A stretch of DNA of 64,000 nucleotides from NCBI GenBank assembly GCA_018823885.1, contig JAHJHG010000009.1, positions 64,783 through 128,782 on the forward strand, written 5' to 3'. Positions 17,268 through 26,617 of the stretch are shown here, piece by piece. This stretch comes from Patescibacteria group bacterium (GTDB lineage Bacteria; Patescibacteriota; Microgenomatia; UBA8517). Position 1 is the first letter of the stretch, and the number at the start of each line of letters is the position of its first letter. Both the position numbers and the translations under genes were made by a program. The notes under the pieces are model-generated. The model was not told the origin of the DNA. It saw nothing but the letters and a program-made list of their open reading frames with translations, and searched no databases.

Positions 17268-18143
17268 ATGGCAGCAAAATCAGATTATTATGATATTTTG
17301 GGAGTCTCCAAAGGAGCCTCTCAAGATGAAATTAAAAAAGCCTATCGTAAACAGGCTCTTGAGTGGCATCCTGATAAACATAAAGATAACAAAGAAACTG
17401 CCGAAAAACGCTTCAAGGAAGTAAATGCAGCGTACCAGATACTTTCCGATCCCGAAAAGAAACAAGCATATGACCAATTTGGACATGCCGCTTTTTCTCC
17501 AGGAGGTATGCCGGGGGGCCCTGGACGAGCTGGCTCTCCTTTTGGCCAAACAGGTAGGCAGGGTCCATTTACATATACTTATACAAATACAGGAGGGAGT
17601 CCCTTTTCTGGCTTCGATTTTGGTGATCCATTTGAAATATTTTCTCAATTTTTTGGAGGCGGCGCTTCCTTTGGAGGACCAAGAAAGCCTCGCTACTCGG
17701 TTACGATAGATTTTATGGAAGCCGTTGAGGGGGTAGAGAAAGAGGTAGAAATAGAAGGCAAAAAGAAGAAAATAAAAATTCCGGCTGGTATAGACGAAGG
17801 TTTAAGAATAAATTTCAACGATTTCATTCTTTCAGTTAATGTCAGGCCCCACAAAGTTTTTGAAAGGGATGGGGAGAATATTTTTGTAAAATTAGTAATT
17901 CCTTATTCTTTGGCTTCCTTGGGTGGCGCAGTTGAGGTGGCGACAATTGACGGGGATGCAAAAATTCGCATCAAGGCAGGAACGCAGTCAGGAACAATGA
18001 TTCGTCTTCGGGGTAAAGGGGCACCTCGGTTAAGAGGGAGAGGAAGAGGAGACGAATACGTGCGTGTGATTGTCGCTGTTCCTGATAAGTTAACGAGAGA
18101 ACAAAAAAAGACAATAGAAAAAATGAGAAAGAAGGGGCTCTAA
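17268..18143 (+). CDS. dnaJ: DnaJ-class co-chaperone lacking the Cys-rich zinc-finger domain (type II / CbpA-like architecture)
   Basis: 291 aa; J domain DYYDILGV...HPDK; Gly/Phe-rich linker; C-terminal client-binding domains; no CxxCxGxG repeats. Confidence 0.8.
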   Translation: MAAKSDYYDILGVSKGASQDEIKKAYRKQALEWHPDKHKDNKETAEKRFKEVNAAYQILSDPEKKQAYDQFGHAAFSPGGMPGGPGRAGSPFGQTGRQGPFTYTYTNTGGSPFSGFDFGDPFEIFSQFFGGGASFGGPRKPRYSVTIDFMEAVEGVEKEVEIEGKKKKIKIPAGIDEGLRINFNDFILSVNVRPHKVFERDGENIFVKLVIPYSLASLGGAVEVATIDGDAKIRIKAGTQSGTMIRLRGKGAPRLRGRGRGDEYVRVIVAVPDKLTREQKKTIEKMRKKGL

Positions 18144-18697
18144 GAAATGTTTCCTAATTTATAGTTGATGGCAATTCCTTGCTCTGTACCAATGGGCAAA
18201 ACAATAGAGACCCCTCTTATTCCTAATTCTACTTTTTTATTACCCACTTCCCATTCGGCCTTGAAAAGGCTTCCTTCGTGTTTTGTGGTTATCATTTCCC
18301 CAGGTTGGAGAACAGCAATTCCTTTAACGTCGGCCTCTTTGTGGGTAAAATCCTTGGTATAAACGTATCTAAAGTGATCTTCATCTGGGTATGAAAGAGA
18401 TAGTTTCAAAGACTTATTGCCTTTGTTCATCACATTTACCCAACCATCAACTGCAAGCTGGAGAGAAAGTTTTGGCCCTTCAGGGTCTGATGGAATATCA
18501 ACTAAATTTACGTGGGCTGAAGAATCCCTTTTTTGTTTTTCACGCCTTGATCCAATAATACAAGATCCATATCCAAGATTAGACCAGGAGAGCCTAAATG
18601 TTTCTCCGTTTTGTATATCGAGCTCTTTTCCAAGAAGAGCCGTTCTGGCTTCTTTTAATTGTGTTTTTAATGAAGCTTCAACACCTTCCATTAGCAA
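18140..18697 (-). CDS. hypothetical protein
   Basis: 185-aa ORF on opposite strand, beta-rich composition, no recognisable motif; divergent from nusA promoter. Confidence 0.4.
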   Translation of the reverse strand: MLMEGVEASLKTQLKEARTALLGKELDIQNGETFRLSWSNLGYGSCIIGSRREKQKRDSSAHVNLVDIPSDPEGPKLSLQLAVDGWVNVMNKGNKSLKLSLSYPDEDHFRYVYTKDFTHKEADVKGIAVLQPGEMITTKHEGSLFKAEWEVGNKKVELGIRGVSIVLPIGTEQGIAINYKLGNIS

Positions 18698-18710
18698 AAT
18701 CTTAGCACAA

Positions 18711-18739
18711 TTGACTTAGCTTTTCTTCTGGGTTAAAAT
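18711..18739 (+). promoter_or_regulatory. sigma-70-like promoter upstream of nusA (TTGACT-N17-TAAAAT)
   Basis: TTGACT 18711-18716, 17-nt spacer, TAAAAT 18734-18739, ~58 nt upstream of nusA ATG. Confidence 0.5.
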
Positions 18740-18797
18740 ATCAGCAGAATAGAGAGGAAGAAATGGTGGGATATTAGCCCGCCCTTTTTTTTAGATT

Positions 18798-19931
18798 ATG
18801 GTACAAACACCTAGAACTGAATTTGCGCAGGCTTTAAAAGCCATCTCGACTGAGAGAGGGCTTGATGCAGATGTGATACTAGAGACAATTAAACAAGCGA
18901 TAGTTGCAGCATATAAGCGTGATGTAAAAGAAACGGAGGGAGAAGAAGAAGAAATAGAATATGATGTCGAGCTTAATTCAGTAAGCGGTGAGGCAAAAAT
19001 TTTTGCTTGGCCAGAAGGAAAACCTAAAGAAAAAAAAGATGTAACACCACCAGGTTTTGGGCGGATTGCTGCTCAAACTGCCAAACAAGTAATTCACCAG
19101 AGAATAAGAGAAGCAGAAAAAGATTCAATTATGGATGAGTTTTCAGGGAGAGTTGGCACTTTGATTTCAGGGATGATCTTACGTTTTGATGGCCCCGATG
19201 TGAGAATAGATTTGGGTCGCTCAGAAGGAGTGATGCCGGCAAGCGAGAGAGCTCCAAATGAACGACTGTCTGCTAATCAAAGACTTACATTTCTTATGAA
19301 GGATATTGTTGAAACACCGAAAGGTAAACAAATTATTCTTTCTCGAGCTGACCCGGAATTTGTTAAAAAGCTTTTTGCGCGAGAAGTTCCAGAAGTTTCT
19401 TCGGGCAGCGTCGAAATAAAAGCTATTGCGCGAGAAGCTGGAACAAGAACAAAAATTGCCGTTCTTTCAACACAATCGGGAGTTGATCCTGTCGGCTCTT
19501 GTGTCGGGCAAAAGGGAATCAGGGTACAAGCAGCAACAAATGAGCTAGGAGGAGAGCGAATTGATATTATCCCTTGGAGCGATAAGACTGAAGAGTTAAT
19601 CGAGGCGGCACTTTCACCAGCGGAGGGTTTGAGTGTTACTTTAAATAAAAAAGAAGAAACAGCACAAGTTGAAGCACCAGAAGATCAACTTTCTTTGGCC
19701 ATTGGAAAGGATGGTCAAAATGTGAGGCTTGCATCAAAATTGACAGGCTGGAGAATAGAAATAGAACATTATGCGGGAGTGAAAAAGACTATCAAAAGAA
19801 AAAAAACTAAAGTTAAAAAGACGAAAACAAAAAAGATTGTTAAAAAGGATGAAGATATTGACAGTCAAGAAAAAGAAGTAAAAACAAAACAAGTGGGAAA
19901 AAAGAAAAAAGTGGCATCGAAGAAAAGTTAA
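18798..19931 (+). CDS. nusA: transcription termination/antitermination factor NusA
   Basis: 377 aa; N-terminal domain, S1 (GRVGTLISGMILRFDGPDVRIDLG) and two KH domains (GSCVGQKGIRVQAATNELGGERIDII); Lys-rich C-terminal tail, no AR1/AR2 repeats. Confidence 0.9.
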   Translation: MVQTPRTEFAQALKAISTERGLDADVILETIKQAIVAAYKRDVKETEGEEEEIEYDVELNSVSGEAKIFAWPEGKPKEKKDVTPPGFGRIAAQTAKQVIHQRIREAEKDSIMDEFSGRVGTLISGMILRFDGPDVRIDLGRSEGVMPASERAPNERLSANQRLTFLMKDIVETPKGKQIILSRADPEFVKKLFAREVPEVSSGSVEIKAIAREAGTRTKIAVLSTQSGVDPVGSCVGQKGIRVQAATNELGGERIDIIPWSDKTEELIEAALSPAEGLSVTLNKKEETAQVEAPEDQLSLAIGKDGQNVRLASKLTGWRIEIEHYAGVKKTIKRKKTKVKKTKTKKIVKKDEDIDSQEKEVKTKQVGKKKKVASKKS

Positions 19932-19990
19932 AATGAAAACTTTACTTGGGTACAAATTGCCGCCAATTGAATTAAGAAAAGAATTAATAT

Positions 19991-21388
19991 ATGGAAAAAT
20001 CTCGACAACCAATAGTTACAGTTCTAGGCCATGTAGATCATGGGAAAACAACACTTCTTGATGTTATAAGGAAGACTTCTGTAGCAAAAAAAGAAACTGG
20101 CGGAATTACTCAAGGTATTGGGGCTTCTATGATAACGACGAAAGAAGGAAAAAAAATTACTTTTATTGATACTCCTGGACACGCCGCCTTTGCTCAAATG
20201 CGTTCTAGGGGTGCAAAATTGGCTGATATCGCCATATTGGTAGTTGCAGCAGATGATGGAGTCAAGCCTCAAACAAAAGAAGCAATTGATTATATAAAAA
20301 AAGCGGAAATCCCCTTCATTGTTGCTATTACTAAGATCGATATTTCCTCCGCTTCCATAGAAAGTGTAAAAGGACAGATTGAGACAGAGGGTATTTTGTT
20401 TGAAGGAAGAGGGGGAGATACTCCGTTGGTACTTCTCTCGTCAAAAGAAAACAAAGGAATAAATGAACTTCTGGAGATGATTCTTTTGGTTTCTGAAGTC
20501 AACGAGATTAAGGCGGATGAAAAAGCAGATTTGGAAGCGGTTGTTATCGAGACAAACAAAGATGCAAGGGGCTCACTTGTCTCAGTTGTTGTAAGAAATG
20601 GAACACTCTCTGTGCGAGACGAAATTTCAACAGATGAAACTGGCTGTAGGATAAAAGGCTTGTTTGACAAGGAAGGAAAGCCTATGAAGAAGATTTTCCC
20701 TGGAGAGCCGGGGTTAATATTGGGTTTCAAAGAGCTCCCGCTTATAGGATCGCAAGTGAGACTTGCAACTGGAAGCAAAACAATAAAGGAAGAAAAAAGA
20801 ATGGGAGCAAAGCCTTTTTTGGTAAAAGAGGAACAACTACCAGCCGTTTTTAAGGCTGAAAGCGCAGGGGCACTAGAGGCACTTTTATTAAATTTACCAG
20901 CGGATGCAATAGCTGTTTCTTCTGGGGTTGGGCCAATTAACGAGTCCGACGTCTTTTTTGCAAAATCAGCGGGGGCAGCTTACATTTTTGGTTTTGAGGT
21001 AAAAACAGCTCTTTCTGTTAAGAAACTAGCAGACACAGAAGGAGTGAAAATAGAAACTTTTGACATTATTTACAAACTTCTCGAAAGATTAGAAGAGCTA
21101 ATTAAAGAAGGGCAATCGGTAATACTAGGCAAAGCAGAAATTGTGGATTCCTTTCCTTTTAATAATAAGAAAGTGGCGGGATGTAAGGTTATTTCAGGAA
21201 AGATTAGCATGAAAGACACAGCTGTATTAATGCGAAAAGATAGTGAGTTGGGTAAGGCAAGGGTAGTTTCATTACGGAAAGAAAAAAGTACCATTCAGGA
21301 GGCTAAAGAGGGTGAGGAATTTGGAGTCATTTTAAGTCCGCAACTTGATTTTGAAAAAGGGGATATGTTAGTATCCGTCAAACAGTAA
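19991..21388 (+). CDS. infB: translation initiation factor IF-2, very short form (G domain + C-terminal domains only)
   Basis: 465 aa; [12 protein letters not shown] (G1), DTPGH (G3), TKID (G4); positioned directly after nusA as in the nusA-infB operon; lacks the long N-terminal region of typical IF-2. Confidence 0.8.
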   Translation: MEKSRQPIVTVLGHVDHGKTTLLDVIRKTSVAKKETGGITQGIGASMITTKEGKKITFIDTPGHAAFAQMRSRGAKLADIAILVVAADDGVKPQTKEAIDYIKKAEIPFIVAITKIDISSASIESVKGQIETEGILFEGRGGDTPLVLLSSKENKGINELLEMILLVSEVNEIKADEKADLEAVVIETNKDARGSLVSVVVRNGTLSVRDEISTDETGCRIKGLFDKEGKPMKKIFPGEPGLILGFKELPLIGSQVRLATGSKTIKEEKRMGAKPFLVKEEQLPAVFKAESAGALEALLLNLPADAIAVSSGVGPINESDVFFAKSAGAAYIFGFEVKTALSVKKLADTEGVKIETFDIIYKLLERLEELIKEGQSVILGKAEIVDSFPFNNKKVAGCKVISGKISMKDTAVLMRKDSELGKARVVSLRKEKSTIQEAKEGEEFGVILSPQLDFEKGDMLVSVKQ

Positions 21389-21405
21389 ATTGCCCTATTA
21401 AATAT

Positions 21406-22248
21406 ATGGATAATTCCTTTGGGTCAATAATAAATTCTGCCAACTCGGTGCTTATCTTATTGCCAACAAAACCTTTCTTTGATCAAGTTGCTGCAGGTCT
21501 TTCTTTGTATTTGAGCTTAAGAGAGAAAAAGGACGTCTCAATTTCTTGTCCTTCGCCAATGGTTGTTGAGTTTAATAGGCTAGTTGGTGTTAATAAAATA
21601 ACCCAGGAACTTGGAAACAAGAACTTGGTGGTGAGACTAGTTGATTACCCGGCAGAAAATATAGAGAGAGTAAGTTATGATATTGAGAGTTCCGAATTTA
21701 GGCTCACTATCATACCTAAACCGGGCTTTCCCTCTCCCTTAAAGGAGCAAGCAAATCTTAGTTATTCTGGTGTTTCAGCGGATGTAGTTATATTAATTGG
21801 GGGGGCAAACAAATCGCATTTTCCTGCTGTTATTTCCTCAAAAGAGTTAATTGGAGCAAAGATGATACATATTGGAACCAGGGCTTTGCCTATTTCACCC
21901 GAGAAAAGTATTATGTCGTTTGCGAGACCAGCCTCTTCTTGTTCGGAGATTGTAGCCGATTTAATCAAAGAAAGTGGTTTTGTCTTAGATGTTGATGTTG
22001 CAACAAACCTACTGGCAGGAATAGAAGAAGGAAGTAATAAATTTTCTAGTTCTGAGGTTGTGGCCAACACTTTTCAAGCAGTTGCTGATTTAATGAGAGT
22101 TGGTGGAGTAAGGAAGCAAAAGTTTTCTCACCAAAGAGAGGCTTTTCCTCCAGGGTCTATTCCAGGGGAAAAGGTTGTTGAAGAAAAGAAAAAAGCCCCA
22201 AAGGATTGGCTAGAACCAAAAATATATAAAGGGACATCAATTAGCTGA
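21406..22248 (+). CDS. DHH/DHHA1-like protein (NrnA-like fold) with degenerate catalytic motifs
   Basis: 280 aa; architecture and spacing resemble NrnA-type DHH phosphoesterases but the DxD and DHH motifs are replaced (DQV, IHIGTRA); occupies the rbfA/nrnA position after infB. Confidence 0.4.
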   Translation: MDNSFGSIINSANSVLILLPTKPFFDQVAAGLSLYLSLREKKDVSISCPSPMVVEFNRLVGVNKITQELGNKNLVVRLVDYPAENIERVSYDIESSEFRLTIIPKPGFPSPLKEQANLSYSGVSADVVILIGGANKSHFPAVISSKELIGAKMIHIGTRALPISPEKSIMSFARPASSCSEIVADLIKESGFVLDVDVATNLLAGIEEGSNKFSSSEVVANTFQAVADLMRVGGVRKQKFSHQREAFPPGSIPGEKVVEEKKKAPKDWLEPKIYKGTSIS

Positions 22249-22361
22249 AAATCCTTCTGGGTTGTCAAGGAAATATTTTCGTGATATCATAATCCCTGAT
22301 GTAAAACCGGGTTCTCCCGCCACCTTTGGTTAAGGGGATTACTCAGTTTTTCATGACGCTT

Positions 22362-22631
22362 ATGGCACTATCAAAAGAAGACAAACAAAAAATTGTAAAA
22401 AAATTTGCCCGAGAGAAAAGCGATACTGGTTCTCCAGAAATTCAAGTAGCACTACTCTCCGTACAAATAGATAAATTGGCTGACCACCTTAAGAATCATA
22501 AAAAAGATGTTCATTCAAGAAGAGGACTTCTTTCTATGGTGGCAAAAAGAAGAAGATTATTGACTTATCTTCGCGATCGTGATGAAAAACGATACAGAAG
22601 CCTCCTAGAAGAATTAGATTTAAAAAAGTAA
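22362..22631 (+). CDS. rpsO: 30S ribosomal protein S15
   Basis: 89 aa from ATG 22362 ([56 protein letters not shown]...); ORF table extends to a TTG at 22326. Confidence 0.85.
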   Translation: MALSKEDKQKIVKKFAREKSDTGSPEIQVALLSVQIDKLADHLKNHKKDVHSRRGLLSMVAKRRRLLTYLRDRDEKRYRSLLEELDLKK

Positions 22632-22641
22632 AAAATATTAA

Positions 22642-24870
22642 ATGAAAAAAATCGAAAAAAGTATTGATTTGGGTGGTAGAAAACTGACCCTTTCAACAGG
22701 ACAACTTGCACAACATGCGAGTTCCGCAGTTTTGGCTACTCATGGCGAAACTGTTGTGTTGGCAACAGTAGTTGCTTCTGAACTAAAAGAAAGTATTGGA
22801 TATTTCCCTCTTTTTGTTGAATACCAAAAGAAGCTATACGCTGGTGGAAGAATTAAGGGAAGTCGCTGGGTAAAGCGAGATGGTAGGCCTACCGATGAAG
22901 ACGTATTAGTTGCTAGGCTTATTGATAGGTCGATTAGACCTTTGTTCCCAAAGAATTACAAAAAAGAAGTACAAGTAATTATTACAGTACTCTCCGTAGA
23001 TTTGGAAAGTACGCCTGACATGGTAGCAGGATTGGCTGTTTCTGCGGCATTAGCAAGTTCTTCAATTCCTTGGAATGGACCAGTATCAATGTTAAAAGCT
23101 GGACTAAAAGATGGCAAATTTATTGTTAATCCTGTGAGATCTGATCTCCCAACATCAGAGATGGAACTGGTTGCTTCGGTAACAAAAGATGCAATTGTGA
23201 TGATCGAAGCAAAAAGCAATGAAGTTTCAGAAAAGAAAATGATTGAGGGAATTGAATTTATTCAAAAAGAAAGCAAAAAAGTAATCACCTTAATTGATGA
23301 TTTTGCTAAAGCAGTTGGAAGGAAGAAAGATGTTTTATTAGAAGAGAAGAAAGACTTAACACTAGAAAAGAAAATTGAAAAACTAGCCAGCGATAAGATA
23401 AAAGATTTAATAAAAAACATGTCGGTCATGAAAGCTGGCTACTCTGACCTTAATGCAGCCAAAAAAGCCATTATGGATTCAGCCGATGAGATGGAAAAAG
23501 AGAAATATGGTGAGATTTTTGAAGAACTGTTCACAGCAGAAGTTAAAAAAATGATTCTTTCAGGCAAAAGACCTGATGGTAGAAAGCCAGAAGAACTTAG
23601 AGATCTTTCTGCTGAGGTGGGAATTCTTCCTAGAACACACGGTTCAGCTCTTTTTAATAGGGGACAAACTCAAGCACTTTCAATTGCTACGCTGGGGTCC
23701 TCATCCTTAGAGCAACTACTTGAATCAGCTGAAGGAGAAGAATCAAAAAGATATATACATCATTACTCAATGCCCCCATTTTCAGTTGGTGAAACAGGAA
23801 GAATTGGCTATCCTTCAAGAAGAGAAGTTGGGCATGGAGCATTGGCTGAAAATGCATTACTGCCAGTAATTCCTTCCAAAGAGGATTTTCCATACACAAT
23901 TCGCGTTGCTACAGAAATATTAGGCTCAAATGGTTCAAGCTCAATGGCTTCGACTTGTGGATCTACCCTATCCCTAATGGATGCGGGTGTTCCTATAAAA
24001 GCACCAGTCGCGGGTATTGCCATGGGCTTGGTAATTGAAAACGAAAAGAAAAGCGTGGTTTTAACAGATATTGTGGGAATGGAAGATGGGAATGGAGATA
24101 TGGATTTTAAAGTAGCCGGAACAAAAGAAGGCATAACCGCTTTACAGCTCGATGTTAAAACATTGAAGTTAACAGCTTCAATTCTTGAGAAAGCTTTCAA
24201 ACAAGCCAAAGAAGCAAGATTAAAAATCTTAGAAGTAATGCTTAAGGCGCTTTCTGAATCACGCGAAAAAGTATCTACATATGCTCCAAAAATAAAGGTA
24301 ATTAAAATCGATCCAGCGAAAATAGGGGAAATCATTGGTCCAGGAGGCAAGATGATAAGAAAGATAATTGCAGAAACTGGTGCACAAGTGGATGTTGAAG
24401 ATGACGGAAGCGTGAGTCTTTCAGGTACGAAGGAGGAGGAAGTAGCAGCTGCTATAGAAATGATTGAGGGCCTAACAAAAGAGGTCGCTGCAGGTGAGAT
24501 TTATGAGGGAGAGGTCAAAAGGATTCAGCAATTTGGTGCCTTTGTTGAAGTCTTGCCTGGTAAAGATGGGCTGGTTCACGTCTCGGACATGAGTAAAGAT
24601 TTTGTTAAAGATCCTTCAGATATAGTTAAAATAGGCGATAAAGTTCAGGTTAGAGTTAAAGAAATTGATAATCTAGGCAGAATTAACCTTTCAATGTTAC
24701 TTGATGGCGACAAGGATAAAAAATCAGATAGCAAACCTCCTTATAGAAAGCCAAATAAAGATTTTGACCGAAAGAGGTCTTTTCAAAGAGGAGGAACAAC
24801 GAATAGGAAATCCTCAGGGCCACACTTTCCGACTAGTAGATATTTAGAGGAAAAAAAGAAAAACTTCTAA
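22642..24870 (+). CDS. pnp: polynucleotide phosphorylase (PNPase)
   Basis: 742 aa; two RNase PH domains, KH (IGPGGKMIRKIIAETGA) and S1 (GEIYEGEVKRIQQFGAFVEV) domains; basic C-terminal tail. Confidence 0.95.
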   Translation: MKKIEKSIDLGGRKLTLSTGQLAQHASSAVLATHGETVVLATVVASELKESIGYFPLFVEYQKKLYAGGRIKGSRWVKRDGRPTDEDVLVARLIDRSIRPLFPKNYKKEVQVIITVLSVDLESTPDMVAGLAVSAALASSSIPWNGPVSMLKAGLKDGKFIVNPVRSDLPTSEMELVASVTKDAIVMIEAKSNEVSEKKMIEGIEFIQKESKKVITLIDDFAKAVGRKKDVLLEEKKDLTLEKKIEKLASDKIKDLIKNMSVMKAGYSDLNAAKKAIMDSADEMEKEKYGEIFEELFTAEVKKMILSGKRPDGRKPEELRDLSAEVGILPRTHGSALFNRGQTQALSIATLGSSSLEQLLESAEGEESKRYIHHYSMPPFSVGETGRIGYPSRREVGHGALAENALLPVIPSKEDFPYTIRVATEILGSNGSSSMASTCGSTLSLMDAGVPIKAPVAGIAMGLVIENEKKSVVLTDIVGMEDGNGDMDFKVAGTKEGITALQLDVKTLKLTASILEKAFKQAKEARLKILEVMLKALSESREKVSTYAPKIKVIKIDPAKIGEIIGPGGKMIRKIIAETGAQVDVEDDGSVSLSGTKEEEVAAAIEMIEGLTKEVAAGEIYEGEVKRIQQFGAFVEVLPGKDGLVHVSDMSKDFVKDPSDIVKIGDKVQVRVKEIDNLGRINLSMLLDGDKDKKSDSKPPYRKPNKDFDRKRSFQRGGTTNRKSSGPHFPTSRYLEEKKKNF

Positions 24871-24913
24871 ATAGTTGCCACTTCGTGATACATTTTAGTA
24901 AGGAAATCAAAAT

Positions 24914-25960
24914 ATGGACTCTGCCGGCCAGGAATTAGTTAGCCTCAAAGAAAAAGTTAATGCCTTATCTCTTCCTGAAAAACTTAAAGAAGGAATAATG
25001 ATTCGTTTGGACCAATTAGTAAAACTTACCAACTCACCGACTTTCCTGCCAGAATACGATAGAATTGGCCGCTACATAGAATGGATTGCTTCGATTCCTT
25101 GGAGCAAGAAAACAAAGGACATTCTAGATTTGGAGCGAGCTAGAGAAATTCTTGATAAAAACCACCATGGGCTAGATGAGATTAAAGAGAGAATTTTAGA
25201 ATATATTTCAACAATGAAGCTAAAGCAAGAAAAAGGAGAAGGAGAAGACATTATGAGAGCGCCGATATTGTGTTTTGTTGGTCTTGTGGGTACAGGGAAA
25301 ACCACAATAGCAGACTCTATTTCTCAAGCTTTAGGTAGACGACTTGCGAGAATTCCTTTTGGAGGAATGGGCGATGCTCTAGATTTAAGGGGTCAATCAA
25401 GAATGCATCCAGAGGCAGAGCCAGGGAAAATAATTAAGGCGCTTATTTCTTCCCAGAGTAAAAATACGGTTATTCTGCTTGATGAAATAGACAGGGTTAC
25501 TGATGCTGGGCGAGCTTCAATAATGGGAGTTTTGGTTGAACTTCTTGACCCTGAACAAAATCATGCTTTTATTGATCATTATGTTGATTATCCGGTTGAT
25601 CTATCTGAGGTTTTGTTTATTGCCACGGCCAACAATACTACCAATATTTCGACCGCTGTTTTAGATAGACTGGAGCCTATTTCCATGCCTTCATATACAG
25701 ACGCAGAAAAGATTATTATTGGAAGAAAATACATGCTTCCCAAAGTATTAAAGGAATCAGGCGTAGACGAAAGAGCTTTGACCATTGAAGAAAATGCTTG
25801 GGCGCTAATTGTTCGACCTATTGGTTATGACGCTGGAATAAGAACATTGGAAAGAACAATTGAAGGAATTGTTAGAAAAATCGCAAAATTAATTGTTGAA
25901 GGGAAGGGTCAGGCTTATAAAATAACATCAGAAAATATTAAGGAATATTTACCTCAGTAA
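24914..25960 (+). CDS. Lon-family AAA+ ATPase module without N-terminal LAN domain and without protease domain
   Basis: 348 aa; co-linear with the Lon ATPase region (IEWIASIPWSKKT...HHGLDEIKERILEYIS...ILCFVGLVGTGKTT (Walker A) ...VILLDEIDRV (Walker B) ...ELLDPEQNHAFIDHY...FIATANN...LDRLE); stop codon where the Ser-Lys protease domain would begin; next gene starts 16 nt later. Confidence 0.75.
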   Translation: MDSAGQELVSLKEKVNALSLPEKLKEGIMIRLDQLVKLTNSPTFLPEYDRIGRYIEWIASIPWSKKTKDILDLERAREILDKNHHGLDEIKERILEYISTMKLKQEKGEGEDIMRAPILCFVGLVGTGKTTIADSISQALGRRLARIPFGGMGDALDLRGQSRMHPEAEPGKIIKALISSQSKNTVILLDEIDRVTDAGRASIMGVLVELLDPEQNHAFIDHYVDYPVDLSEVLFIATANNTTNISTAVLDRLEPISMPSYTDAEKIIIGRKYMLPKVLKESGVDERALTIEENAWALIVRPIGYDAGIRTLERTIEGIVRKIAKLIVEGKGQAYKITSENIKEYLPQ

Positions 25961-25975
25961 GAAGTACAAAGTTAA

Positions 25976-26602
25976 ATGACAAAAGAAATAAAAACAAAAA
26001 AGTTAAAAGAATTGTATATAAAAATGAAGGCAGACAAAACACTTCCGCTTCAGGAAGAGGCAGCAAACTTGGTATTTGGAACAGGTAATCCTGCGGCAGA
26101 AATTATGTTTATTGGCGAAGGACCTGGGTATTGGGAAGATCAGAAGGGGGAGCCATTTGTTGGAAATGCAGGCAAGTTTTTAGACCAATTACTTCATTCG
26201 ATCAAACTACCTCGAGAATCAGTATTCATTACAAATGTGGTTAACTATAGACCCCCTGAGAATAGAGATCCGTTGCCCGAAGAGATTGCTGCCTTCGGGC
26301 CATATATAGACGAGATGATTGATATAATAAAACCGAAAATTATTGTCACACTAGGTCGGTTTTCCATGGCGAAATTTATTCCGGGCGTAAGAATAAGTGA
26401 TGTGCATGGAAAGAAAAAATTAATAGATTGGAAGAAGCGTAAAATAACAATCATTCCAATGTATCATCCAGCGGCGGGTTTGAGGAATGGAGAGGTCAAA
26501 AGAAGAACGATTGATGACTTTGGTAAGATTCCTGATATATTAACTGAAGTTGAGCAAACGGAAGTTGTACAAACTGAGGTTGAACAAATGGAGTTGATAT
26601 AG
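25976..26602 (+). CDS. uracil-DNA glycosylase, family 4-like (no cysteines, so no Fe-S cluster)
   Basis: 208 aa; GTGNPAAEIMFIGEGPGYWEDQKGEPFVGNAGKFLDQLL (GEGPG motif A region) and HPAAGLRN motif B; protein contains zero Cys. Confidence 0.7.
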   Translation: MTKEIKTKKLKELYIKMKADKTLPLQEEAANLVFGTGNPAAEIMFIGEGPGYWEDQKGEPFVGNAGKFLDQLLHSIKLPRESVFITNVVNYRPPENRDPLPEEIAAFGPYIDEMIDIIKPKIIVTLGRFSMAKFIPGVRISDVHGKKKLIDWKKRKITIIPMYHPAAGLRNGEVKRRTIDDFGKIPDILTEVEQTEVVQTEVEQMELI

Positions 26603-26617
26603 GATTATTAATATACG

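Noticed and set aside
18760-18797. GC-rich element plus T8 run just upstream of nusA as a terminator
   Set aside because: No convincing inverted repeat precedes the T-run (gggatattagcccgccc does not form a stable stem); more likely part of the nusA 5' UTR.
23808-24350. 180-aa minus-strand ORF inside pnp, and 48946-49506 (186 aa) inside tuf, 38471-38860 inside rpoB, 44943-45308 inside rpoC
   Set aside because: All are antisense to canonical, strongly supported genes and show no motifs; treated as non-coding.
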